Origin: Octopus sinensis
Taxonomy: Eukaryota
Length of the DNA stretch: 64,000 nt
Direction of reading: 5' to 3'
Assembly: GCF_006345805.1 (NCBI RefSeq)
Contig: NC_043021.1
Span: forward strand, 5,208,001-5,272,000
Of the stretch, positions 27,743 to 39,754 are shown piece after piece. The notes beneath the pieces were generated by a model. The model searched no databases. It worked only from the letters and a program-made list of their open reading frames with translations, and had not been told where the DNA came from. Both the position numbers and the translations under genes were made by a program. Position 1 is the first letter of the stretch. The number at the start of each line of letters is the position of its first letter.

Positions 27743-27832
27743 AATGCAGTACGATCGTTTCAAGCAACTCCATTTAATTGAACAATGCAATCATTACATC
27801 AATTTCAATGTAGAGCAATCCTCAGCTGCATT
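27743..27832 (-). ncRNA. Type I hammerhead ribozyme with long stem II region
   Basis: AATGCAG CTGAGGA [57 nt] GAAAC GATC GT A | CTGCATT. Perfect 7-bp stem I, palindromic ACGATCGT stem III, GUA triplet. Confidence 0.75.
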
Positions 27833-28739
27833 GAATTTAAAACAGATGGACACATTAGTATGTTTTTACCTAAAATCTCCAAGAAGGTAAGGAGATAGAC
27901 TAAGAACATGCTGCCTTCGCTTCAGCTTAGAAGCTACTAATGAATCAGGAAGAAAGACTTGTTACAGATCTTTGCCTGTCACTATTTTATGGGGTCAGTT
28001 TTAATTTATAGACTAGTTTTATCAAATCTTTGTATATCTAAATAAGAGAACAAGGAGTAGTGTCTATTAGGAATGGGGCTGAGGGAGTCGACAGAAATCA
28101 TAGTGGGTAAGTCATAAAAAACTATCAAGATTTATTAGAAGCAATATCAAGAGATTTGGTAAAGGAAACCTTAAATCAAGATGTTAGTTGACAAATAAGG
28201 GGGCTGGCCACTAGCAAACCATTGTTGATGGAAACAGGAAATCTTATCATGTAGTACTATAGTTAAAATATGTATAATAATTCAAGTATTTAAAACTAAA
28301 AATTGTTAATTCATTTATTTAATTTGTTAGATAGATATGTACATAGGTGAGTCAACAATTATGTAGATAGATATCACGTGATCACGTGATCGACCAGTCC
28401 ATCAGATGTAGTTACACATTGCTGGTCACAATGCGTTCGCATTGTTTTTAGCCTTCGAATGACGCCACCCCGCTGGCTAAGCAAGCAGGCCAACAGAAGA
28501 AAGAGTGGTGAAAGAGTACAGCAGGGATCACCACCCCCTGCTGGAGCCTCGTGGAGCTTTTAGGTGTTTTTGCTCAATAAACACTCACAACGCTCGGTCT
28601 GGGAATCGAAACCGCGAGTCCGCTGCCCTAACCATTGGGCCATTGCGCCTCCACGTAGATAGATATATTAATAGATATACACGGAGAACAGAACTGAAAT
28701 GAAAATAATCTCAATTGGTAAATAACTTCCTCAGAATGG

Positions 28740-29330
28740 GAGATGATGTCTGCATGGGTTTGAGTTATTGTGACAAGCTCTTTGACTCTAAAGGCCTCTA
28801 CAGTCTTCCTTACTGCCTGAATGCTGGTCGCTTCGCATGTCATATGAAGTTAAACCTGAATACTGAAGAGGAGCTTGGCCCAGGTAAACATTCCCTCCAT
28901 CTTGGAACCATCTGGGTTGTCCAGATGTGATGGGAAAAGACCTGACAGCCTCACCCTGTGCCCCTGGTCGAGAGGCAGATGCCTTGTTTGGGATGTCACA
29001 GTTGGCATCTCCTTTGCTTCTTCTCACATCCTGGATGCTGCGGCCAGGGTAAGATCCACAGCTCCTGCAGCCAAGTGGAACAAAATCCCGAAGTACCGCA
29101 ATCTGTTGACCAACTACATTTTCCATCCTGTGGCGTTCGAGACGTTTGGTGGGGTCGGACCACTGACTGCAAGATTCCTGTTTTCACTGGCAGTTCCCCT
29201 AGCAGAGGTAAATGGTGAAGTTCATGAGGGCGCTTGGTTGTTCTAGCGCATCAGCTTTGCCATCACCTGTGGCGATGCTGCAAGTGGGCCTCAATAGAGG
29301 GGTTACCCAGCGCCCCCAATTTTCAACCTA
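28740..29330 (+). mobile_element. CRE-clade (restriction-like endonuclease) non-LTR retrotransposon C-terminal remnant
   Basis: Decayed zinc knuckle (AGRFACH..LN), then IPSILEPSGLSRCDGKRPD.LTL.PW.RGR.L.WD...KY..L...F.PVAFETFG...WL..RIS; stops and frameshift present. Confidence 0.8.
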
Positions 29331-30189
29331 AGGTGGTGAATTGTTTTCTTCTCGCTCTTATGTATATATTTAAGTCTAATATAAGAAAAAACAATTTAAT
29401 TGAAAAAAAAAACTTTGACTAAGCCTTGTTGGTGACTGGACATACAAAAAGTTAGATTTTCTTTTTTGCAGTATATACTCTTCACTCTTGTTTCAGTCAT
29501 TTGACTGCGGCCATACTGGAGCACCGCCTTTTAGTCGAGCAAATCGACCCCAGGACTTATTCTTTGTAAGCCCAGTACTTATTCTATCGGTCTCTTTTGC
29601 CGAACCGCCAAGTTACGGTAACGTAAACACACCAACATCGATTGTCAAGCGATGTTGTGGGGGACAAACACAGACACACAAACACACACACACACATATA
29701 TATATATACACGGCTTCTTTTCAGTTTCCGTCTACCTATCCACTCACAAGGCATTGGTCGGCCCGAGGCTATAGCAGAAGACACTTGCCCATGGTGCCAT
29801 GCAGTGGGACTGAACAGGGAACCATGTGGCTGGTAAGCAAACTACTTACCACACAGCCACTCCTTTATATACAAATAAATTTTTTATTTCCTTAAACTAT
29901 AAAGCATATCATGCCTGTCAAATACATTAAAAGAAAGAAAATAAGCAATACTTTCTCAGTTCATTTCGAATATTTTAAAGTACACTTTTTTGATAAAATG
30001 TCAGAATTTAAAAAAAATCCTTTGTCTGTGTTTAATAAAATAACAGTGTTTTCAAATAGGCTGGCTTACACAGCATTTTTTCACAATGAACCTACTGGGA
30101 ATGTACTTTTGAAATTCAAAGTCAAAACAAACAAACAAACCAATAAATAAATAAATAAACAAATACATAAAAACTAAAATACTTATTAC

Positions 30190-30420
30190 CTCCCCTGTTC
30201 GGGAATTATTTTAGTCTTCGACGGCAGATGGCGGGCGAGTCCAATGTTTTGACAAGAAAACTTTGTTGTCCTCCGTCGTCCTCATCTTGCCAAGTTTTTT
30301 ATTTTGCTCTTTCTTATCTGTTGCTGCTCCCTTTGTCTCCTCTGCTTCAAGAGTCACGCATTGCTTAGAAGTTTGCACCAGCCTCAGACAAGACAATGTG
30401 AACACAGGCTTTTATATATT
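30190..30420 (-). other. Putative non-coding first exon (5' UTR) of DNAJC24; upstream boundary approximate
   Basis: Donor-like GAG|GTAATAAGT at 30190/30189 and candidate acceptor TTTTACTTAG at 27059, 85 nt upstream of the DPH4 ATG; divergent from RPAIN exon 1. Linkage to DPH4 is inferred. Confidence 0.5.
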
Positions 30421-30678
30421 TATATAACATATTTATATTTCTTTTGAAAAAAAAAAAGCTCTAACCGGTATTAAGCACGCTGTGGTTTGTTGTGTATATA
30501 TATATATTTATATATTTATATATATTCGTATATTAGTCGTATATAAATATAAAAAATTCCGTCGTTACTCTCTGCGATCGTCGCTTACTTTGTCTTGTCC
30601 GTAGTGCTGTGCCATCTTTTTCGTTTTGTCAAAAGATACCTGTCATTGTTCCGTCTCTCTCTTTCTGGTGGTGCTACA
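30420..30678. promoter_or_regulatory. Probable bidirectional promoter region between DNAJC24 and RPAIN
   Basis: Short, transposon-free, CpG-containing interval between the divergent putative minus-strand exon and the RPAIN ATG. Confidence 0.45.
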
Positions 30679-30780
30679 ATGGCAAACGCGGCATCACCTC
30701 TCAGAACCGAAGATCGCAAACTCCAACGTCAGGCCATGTATAAAGTTTCTATGCCCCCTTGGAAAGAAACCTATCGCAAA
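30679..30780 (+). CDS. RPAIN: RPA-interacting protein, exon 1
   Basis: MANAASPLRTEDRKLQRQAMYKVSMPPWKETYRK (YK..PPWKE motif of RPAIN); donor GTAAGC; phase 0. Confidence 0.93.
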
Positions 30781-32019
30781 GTAAGCAAATCTGCATTTTT
30801 TTTCTTTCTCTCCTTCCAATGTATATACATTCATTTGATAAGATTTCTAAACATTTCTCTCTCTCTTCGGCGAAAGGTCCTGCCCAAAACAGAATCGTCG
30901 TCGGACCTTTTCCCTACCCCTTACAGCACACCAATTTAATTCTGCATTGTCTCTATTTATAATCTGCATTTCTTTATCTATTTCTGTCTCTGTCTATTAA
31001 ATAAATCCTTCTTCTTTTTCCTACCCTCTTCGATCTTTTTATTACCATTCTACTTACATCAAAGGATACTTTCTTTATAAAAAAAAAACATTAAACCGAA
31101 CTCTGTACTCGACTGCCACCTCTCTTCCAACACCAACTAGATAAAAAAAGCAAATTTTATTTCGAGCGGGATTTGAACTCAGAACGTAAAATGCCTATAA
31201 ACGGCCAACGGTAATAAATGCCTCAAAAGAATTTGTCCGACGCTCTAACGGTTTTGTTAACCCACATGTCTGCAGCTTGCTAACTAACTATTGTTACAAG
31301 ACATTTTATTTATTTATTTATAAATTTCTTCCATTGAGATTTCTAAAACATGATAATATATAATTCGTACCACACAGTTATTATTTAATCCAAGGACAGC
31401 CTTCAATGAGGAAACCAAAAGAATTCCAGTCTGTGATTATCCCCATCTCTTTTTTTTCCCTTTTTTGTATCGCCGAGGTAGACTAAATTATCTAAGGTTA
31501 CCCTTCCCTTTTTCTTAGAGATAGGTAGAGTATGCTTTGAAAGGAATTTGGTGGCGGAGTTTTCGGGTCAGGACGCTCACGTAAGTAGTTGTAACATACG
31601 CTAGAAACAACAGCTAAATCTCCCTAAGTCACACCTTTTCTTCTGAAAATATTTTCTAAAATTTGTCTTTTTTTTTTTAAACCGATAAATTAAGTACTAG
31701 TTGAACACTGGGGTTGATGTAACCGACACATCCCCAAATGGCCACCCATGTCGCATCATTTGAAACCGTTATTATTGTTTTTTAGGCAGCAAGCTGACAA
31801 TGCTTAGTGCATTTCATCCTCTTTACTTTCTGAGCTCAAATGCTACTGAGGTGATTTTGCTTTTCATCCTTTTGGGGTCGATAAAATAAGTACCAGTTGA
31901 GTACTGGGGGATCAATGTAATTAACTAGCCCCGCCCCCTAAAACTTCAGGCCTTGTATTCATAATAGAAAGGATTATTATTATTATTATTATTTTTATTA
32001 TTTATTGATTGATTCACAG

Positions 32020-32211
32020 AAATGTTTCGAGCGTCTGAGGTTGAGCCGAGCTAAGCTACTTGATCGATTCCGTCAGATGAAAGATGAGCCAGAGGGCGAG
32101 ACAGATGTGGAACTTATCAAGGACATTATGAACAAGGAATGGTTGAGCCTCTGGGATGACGAAGCTGAACTGGAACGAGAGGCTAACATTCCTCTTGATA
32201 TTTCATTCATT
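32020..32211 (+). CDS. RPAIN: RPA-interacting protein, exon 2
   Basis: KCFERLRLSRAKLLDRFRQ...IMNKEWLSL...DISFI; CAG acceptor, GTAAGT donor; 192 nt, phase 0-0. Confidence 0.93.
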
Positions 32212-33127
32212 GTAAGTAAGATCTGATTACTCTATTCCATCGAATCAACCTTTCAGTCGGGAAGTGGCTGTCATTTAATTAAATGAAAGTATGTGTTAGC
32301 TGAAGGTCATTTCAGTAAATCAGTGTCTAGTGTGAGTCAGGGTGGGATCACTTGGATCAGTGTTCAATCCTAGCATGTGGCAATCTTTTGTTCTAAGGTC
32401 CAAGAGTTATAAGCTCCTTACAAACCACTTTTGCTATTTATTATCTGCATTGAGAGATCACAGTTCTGGTATTATGGATATGTGATTAGAATTGCAAGAT
32501 GGATTCTTCAAGCTGAGTCAGCTAAGAGAAGACCTAGGGGTCGACCAAGAATGAGTTGTTTGGATAATATCCATAGCCTCAGTTAGACACACTCAGAAAT
32601 CCAGCTGGAAAATGTAATGACCTTTGCTTCTGATAGACTCTATAGTGGAGATGTCCAAGGACTCTACTCCCATGATCCTCCCAAGAATAGTGGACAGAGA
32701 AAATAAATGGATGGATGTGTTTATTTACGTCACTCATAAATCAAAATATCCTGCTTGGCAGTGTGATATGTGAAAATCAGTGGAATTAACGTCTCTGAAA
32801 CGCTATCAGTCAACATACAGATTGATTGGTCGAGGACAGTCATATAGTGAGGGAAGGGAACCTTTGGCCATTTGTCCACTACGTTCATGTGTTAAGGTCA
32901 TGTGATATGTTTTAGCCCTTTTGTTGTGACCATGAATTAGATTAAACAAGTAATAAACACTCTCTATGCATGCACATACACACATACACATACATACTTA
33001 AAGACATTGGCAATGAATTCTTTCTGGAACAAAGACAGTAAACTTATAACATCAGTTTTTTATACAGAGGAATGCGATAGAAGTGGAATTTTTTCCTTTT
33101 GTGTTCCTAAATTTGTCTGTTTTTCAG

Positions 33128-33197
33128 CCTGAAGACGAAAATGTTGAAAGAATCCTTGAAATATTTGAAGAAATTGAGGCAGAATTGAAAGAAGAAG
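33128..33197 (+). CDS. RPAIN: RPA-interacting protein, exon 3
   Basis: PEDENVERILEIFEEIEAELKEE; TTTTCAG acceptor, GT donor; 70 nt, phase 0-1. Confidence 0.85.
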
Positions 33198-35402
33198 GTT
33201 GTTAATTCTTCCTATTACTAGTGTATCTTTGAAAATGATTTCTAACGTGGACAAATGTTCTGGGGCTCACAGTTTGATTACATCAACTTCAATAGTTGAT
33301 TGGTAATTTAAAAACAGCAACACTAAATCTTTCTACTATAGGCACAGGGCCTGAAATTTGGAGGAGGGTAGGCTAGTTGATTAACTGGTACTAATTTTAT
33401 TGACCCCAAATGGAAGAAAGGCTAAGTCTGCCTTGGCAACATTTGAACTCGGAATGTAAAGAGGCAGAAGAAATGACTTAACTCCTTAGCATTTAAACCA
33501 ACCATGTCCAGCCCAAATATTCTACCTGGTTTTTGTCCAAACTGGCCAGATTCATCATTATCTTGAAGCTATGAGATAATGCAAGACGGACTCAAAAGAA
33601 TTTGAATAAAAATGTATTACATTTGACAGAATAATCTGAATGCTAAATAAAGGGTTAAGCATTTTGTTTGAAACAGTAAACATTTCTACCAGCTTGATGC
33701 ATTTAATGGTTTGGTTTGAAGTTTTGACACCAGGTCAGCAATTTTCGGAGGTGTAGGATAGTCAGTTATAGTATTTGACAGCTGCTTTATTTTATTGACC
33801 TCGAAAGGATGGACAGTAAAAGTTCAGCTCAGTCGGATTTTGACTCAGAATGTAGAGTTTGAAGAAATGCCACTAAACAGTTTGTCTCACATGCTAACAA
33901 TTCTTCTAGCTCACTGTTTTAATAATAGAAATAATGAGAGTAATGATGATAATAACTCTAATTTTTGGTCCAAGGCCTGCATTTTTAACCCTTTCGTTAC
34001 TGTATTTATTTTGAGATGCTCTGTGTTTCTTTCAATTACTTTAAATATAATAAAGAATTTAGTAAAATAACTTAGTTATCATTCAGCTAGTGTTAGGAAC
34101 ATAAATTGTGACTAAGGTTTGGAGGGAAGATTTTAATTCAAAACTTATGAAAACAAGACATTTGTACTCAGAGCCAGAGCCGGTTTCAGCCGGGTTGGTA
34201 TTGAAAGGGTTAATGAGAGAGAAAGATTAAGTAGATTACATTGACCCTACTACTTGACTTATTTTATCAACCCCGAAAGAATGAAAGGCAAAGTTTACCT
34301 TGGTAGGACTCAGAATGTGAAGAGCAGGGAGAAATGCTGCTCTTCTTAATGTGCTGATGATTCTGCCAGCTCACTGCCTTCATCATCATTTAGCATCCGC
34401 TTTCCATGCTAGCATGTGTTGGATGGTTCAACTGGGGTCTGGGAAGCCAGAAAGCTGCACCAACCCTGTCTGATCTGGCAATGTTTCTACGGCTGGATGC
34501 CCTTCCTACCGCCAACCACTCCGTGAGTGTAGTGGGTGCTTTTTACGTGCCACCGGCACAGGTGCCAGACGGGGCAGGCAAACGGCCACGATCGGATGGT
34601 GCTTTTTACGTGCCACCGGCACGGGGGCCAGGCGAGGCTGGCATCTTACTAACAATAATTGAACATAGGCATAAAGCTACATTTTTGAGGGGTTAATTGA
34701 TTAAATATACCCTCAGAGGACAATACACAAAGCTGACTTCAGCAGCATTTGAACTTAGAATAATAAAGAGCTGGAAGAAACGCCACTAAGCGGTAAGTAG
34801 CTTGCTAACCAACCACATGGTTCTGGGTTCAGTCCCACCGTGTGGCATCTTGGGCAAGTGTCTTCTGCTATAGCCCCGGGCCGACCAATGCCTTGTGAGT
34901 GGATTTGGTAGACGGAAACTGAAGGAAGCCTGTCGTATATATGTATATATATGTATGTATGTGTGTGTCTGTGTTTGTCCCCCTAGCATTGCTTGACAAC
35001 CGATGCTGGTGTGTTTATGTCCCTGTCACTTAACGGTTCGGCAAAAGAGACCGATAGAATAAGTACTGGGCTTACAAAAAGAACAAGTCCCAGGGTTGAG
35101 TTGCTCGATTAAAGGCGGTGTTCCATCATGGCCACAGTCAAATGACTGAAACAAGTAAAGAGAGTATACATACAACTGTTCCTGTCTATCAATTTCACTC
35201 ATTGGTCAACTTGGGGCTATAGTAGAAAACACTTTATCGAAAGTGCCATGCAATGAGACTGAACCCCAAACCATATGGTTGTAAAGCAAGCTTCTTAACC
35301 ACACATCCATGCCTGTAAATTATATATTTCTTTCAAATTTATTCTGAAATGTTCCATTTTATTTATTATCTTATATTTCATTTTCTTTTATTTTTCTCCT
35401 AG

Positions 35403-35523
35403 AACAAAAACTCCTTAGAGAACATGACTTATATGAAGAAAGTTATCTGAATGAAGAGAAAGAATTGTGCTCAGCATTAGAGTCGCTCACAGCTGATGAA
35501 GTAGTTTGCCCTATTTGTAAAAA
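35403..35523 (+). CDS. RPAIN: RPA-interacting protein, exon 4
   Basis: (E)QKLLREHDLYEESYLNEEKELCSALESLTADEVVCPICK; long pyrimidine tract plus TAG, GTAAGT donor; 121 nt, phase 1-2. Confidence 0.92.
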
Positions 35524-36519
35524 GTAAGTTTTGAAACTTTGGGGGTTTTTTTGGGGGATTGGTTTTATCTTTAGTCTTTTACTTGTTTCAGGGGGCTAAA
35601 CATGGAGGGGACATACAAGGGGATTAAGTCGATTACATTGACCCCAGTGATTAACTGGTACTTATTTAATCGACCCCGAAAGGATGAAAGGCAAAGTTGA
35701 CCTCGGCAGAATTCGAACTCAGAATGTAACAGCAGACGAAATGACGAAATACCTATTTCTTTATTACCCACAAGGGGCTAAACACAGAGGGGACAGACAA
35801 ACGGATTGAGTCCATTATATCGACCCCAGTGCGTAACTGGTACTTATTTAATCGACCCCAAAAGGATGAAAGGCAAAATTGACCTTGGCAGAATTCAAAC
35901 TCAGAATGTAACGGCAGATGAAATACCTATTTCTTTATTACCCACAAGGGGCTAAACACAGAGGGGACAAACAAGGACAGACATAGGTATTAAGTCGATT
36001 ACATTGACACCAGTGCGTAACTGGTACTTAATTTATCGACCCCGAAAGGATGAAAGGCAAAGTTGACCTCGGCAGAATTCGAACTCACAATGTAACGGCA
36101 GACGAAATACCGCTAAGCATTTCGCCCGGCGTGCTAACGTTTCTGCCAGCTCGCTGCCTAGACTGCAGCCATGCTGGGGCACCACCTCGAGGTATTTTTA
36201 GTCAAATGAATCAACCCTAGTATTTGTTCTGTTGTTAAGCCTGGTATTTAACCATTTATTCTGTCAGTCTCTTTTGCCAAACCACTAGGTTATGGGGATA
36301 TAAACACAACACTGGTTGTCAAGTGATAATGGGAGATAAACACACACACACACACACATATGATGGACTTCTTTCAGTTTCCGGCTACCAAATCCACTCA
36401 CAGGGCTTTGGTCGGTCTAAGGCGATAGTGGAAGACTCTTGCTTAAGGTGCCATGCAGTGGGAATTAACTAAGAACCATGTGGTTAGGAAGTAAGCTTAA
36501 CATACAGCCATACCTTTAG

Positions 36520-37080
36520 AAATAAAGAAATGTTTTATGGAATTTATTTACGATTTTGTACAACAGTCCATATCTTGCTACATGGCTACATGTGATTGTT
36601 CATTAAACATTGTAAGGTTCCATGTGATGTCCAATTATCCATTATGTATCATATGGTCGAATGTGATACACCACAGTTTGTTGCCTTTACATGGCTGCAT
36701 GTGATGTACCTTTGTCTATTACATATTACATATCTGCATGTGATATAACAGTCCAGTACATATTTTATGGCTGTATGTGATAAACATCAGCCCATCCTAT
36801 GTTGCATGGCTACATGTGATGTACAACAGTTCATTGCATGTTTCTGATGTACCACTGCCTGTTACATGGTACATAGTTAGATGTGATGTACCACTCTCCG
36901 TTATAAGTTACATAGCTACATGCGACGTACCACTTCCCATTACATGACACAGCTACATGTGATGTACCACTATCCATTACATGTTTTGCAGTTACATGCG
37001 ATGTAACAGTCTATTATATGTACATAGCTACATGTAGTCTGCCACTGTCCATTACATGTTCCATTGCTCCATGTATGTCT
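36520..37080. repeat. Old degenerate ~35-40-bp minisatellite (TACATRGCTACATGTGATGTACCACT-like)
   Basis: Recurring ATGTGAT/ATGCGA cores at regular spacing. Confidence 0.8.
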
Positions 37081-37299
37081 TGTGAACTTGCCATTAAGTA
37101 TGTTTACCATTTTCTGTTTTCTCTTTGATATTCTTCTGTGTTCCAGTCATATTCATGTTGAGATACTGTTTCAACAGGTGTGAATCGGTCACATCCACAC
37201 CTGTGTTTCTTTTTATCGATTGTGTGGAATGGCAAAGTTAATATATGCATAAAGGGACATAACCTGTGAGAATACCATAAAGTATTGATTCCTCACCTA

Positions 37300-37329
37300 T
37301 ATATATATATATATATATATAATCATCAT

Positions 37330-37369
<40 letters not shown>

Positions 37370-37540
37370 TCATCATATATATATATATATATATCAGCAT
37401 CATCATATATATATATATATCATCATCATCATATATATATATATATATATCAGCATCATCATATATATATATATATATATCATCATCATCATATATATAT
37501 ATATATCATCATCATCATATATATATATATATATCATCAT

Positions 37541-37572
<32 letters not shown>

Positions 37573-37583
37573 CATCGTCATCA
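37300..37583. repeat. Compound (AT)n-(CAT)n microsatellite
   Basis: Alternating AT runs and CATCAT blocks. Confidence 0.95.
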
Positions 37584-37967
37584 TCTCTCTCTATATAAAC
37601 GGCAGTTTGTCTGTGCGTGTTTCTGTGTGTCTGTTTGCTTGTACCCTCACCCTGACCACGGCTTTCAACCGATTCTGATGAAACTTGACACACACATAGC
37701 CCAATGTCATAATTCAAAACTAACGCAGCGAAAATTTTGAAAAGTTCCCCCAGTTCTGAAAAAAATCGATAAATTCGACATGGGGTCGAGAATCAGGAAT
37801 ACGGACCACAAACTGTCTAGGGGACGCAACTCTACCTTTTTTAAATCTCAAAAAAAATTTACCATCATTTTTTTCCATTTTTTTGCTATTTTTTGGCTAT
37901 AACTCTCTAAAAATGCTTTATAGTTATTTCCCTTACAAACCTGAGCAACGCCGGGCGATACTGCTAG
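37584..37967 (+). mobile_element. Non-autonomous Helitron (same family)
   Basis: A|TCTCTC...GAGCAACGCCGGGCGATACTGCTAG|T. Confidence 0.9.
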
Positions 37968-38064
37968 TATATATATATATATCATCATCATCATATATAT
38001 ATATGTATATATATATATGCGCATACACGCACATTAGCTGAAACTGGAAAAATCAAAATCAAAA

Positions 38065-38104
<40 letters not shown>

Positions 38105-39193
38105 ATGATTGACCAGGCTATCAGATGTTGCTACACATCGCTGGTCACATTGCGCTTTGCATTGTTTTAGCCTTCAAATGACGCCACCCCGCTGGCTAAG
38201 CAAGCAGGCCAACAGAAGAAAGAGTGAGAGAAAGTTGCGGCGAAAGAGTACAGCAGGGATCGCCACCACCCCCTTTGGAGTCACATGGAGCTTTTAGGTG
38301 TTTTCACTCAATAAACACTCACAACGCCCGGTCTGGGAATCGAAACCGCGATCCTACGACCATGAGTGCGCTGCTCTAACCAGTGGGCCATTGCGCCTCC
38401 ACATACATATATATATATATATATGCACTACATACATACACATATAATTATTATCATCATCATTTTGATGTCCACTTTTCCAGGCTTGCATGGGTCAGAT
38501 GGAGACTGTTTCAGGAGAGACATGTATTAACTTTGAAGAAGTACAAAACTCTAATTTCCTTCAAAGTAGGATCCTCTGACTTCAATGCAATTGTTGTAAG
38601 CATTCCACTCACTTTGTGAAGGCCCCATGGAAGTCCTCCAAACTGAAGATGTTCAGGACCCTTGTCACAGCCTCCTTCCTCTTCTTCGTGTGTGTGTGTG
38701 TGTGCATACCCTTGTCGTGATATTTCATGATAGTTGTAAAGAGGATCACCATCATAAAAGCACAATGTTGTTCTTTTCCAGTCTTCCCTGAAAAACGACT
38801 GGCCATTGGAAGAATATTACCTTGCTTGGAAATGGGTGAGGGTTGGCAGCAGGATGGGCATCTGGCAATAGGAAATCTACCCTAACAAATTCCATCCAGA
38901 AAAGTGGACATTAAAATGATGATGATATATATATATATACACACACAATAGACTTCTTTCAGTTTCCATCTACCATTTCCTCACAAGGCATTGGTTAATC
39001 TAGAGCTTTAGTAGAAGACACTTTCCCAAGATTCCGCATAGTGGGATTGAACTTGAAACCCCATAGTTGTGAAACGAACTTCTTAACCACACAACCATGC
39101 CTGTTCCTATGTGATGACATTGTTATGAACACAATTTTTGATGATGTTTTTTATAGAAATATTTCATTGTTTTCTGTTGTTTTGTGTCTGCAG

Positions 39194-39257
39194 AAATCCT
39201 TTGATCGAGAATAAGGGAGTTATTTTCTGTAAATGTGGTCTGCGGATTAACACAGAG
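39194..39257 (+). CDS. RPAIN: RPA-interacting protein, exon 5
   Basis: (K)NPLIENKGVIFCKCGLRINTE, zinc-finger CxC; CAG acceptor, GTAAGA donor; 64 nt, phase 2-0. Confidence 0.92.
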
Positions 39258-39545
39258 GTAAGATTTCTGATCAAGTTTTGCACTATTTGTGTGACTTAGC
39301 ATGCATCTACCTGTATGTATGCATATATGTATGTAATATATATATATATACCGGAGTATATGTATTTGAATCAAATCTTCGATTTAAGGTTTTTCCTCGA
39401 TTTTTATAATTTTATATTGAACTCATTTATTTATTTTGTTTATCGCTCGCATATGACCGTTATTTGAAAGGATCAATCAAACAAGTCCATTTTTAAAGGT
39501 GTAACGTTTATACTAGTCTTGATAGAATTGTCATATCGGTTCTAT

Positions 39546-39604
39546 TTTAACAAAACTGTCCGACGAACAGGAACGTGAAACTCCGAGTAACAGCTTTTGT
39601 TAAA
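39546..39604 (+). ncRNA. Type I hammerhead motif with U4C change, RPAIN intron 5 sense strand
   Basis: TTTAACAAAACTGT CCGACGA AC-AGGAAC-GT GAAAC TCCGA GT A | ACAG(C)TTTTGTTAAA. 14-bp stem I with one bulge; followed by AATAAA and (TA)n. Confidence 0.65.
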
Positions 39605-39754
39605 TTTCTACTGCTTTTAAATAAAGTATTTATATATATATATATATATAAATAAGGTAGTGGTACAACAATGCACCAATATTTACTGGAAAAAGCAGTT
39701 GATAATATACGATGCTATAGTAAAGCTTCACTGTGTATATATATATATATATAT

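Noticed and set aside
30211-30405. 64-aa minus-strand ORF as a separate protein gene
   Set aside because: No recognisable homology and it stops before the splice donor; better read as UTR with a uORF.
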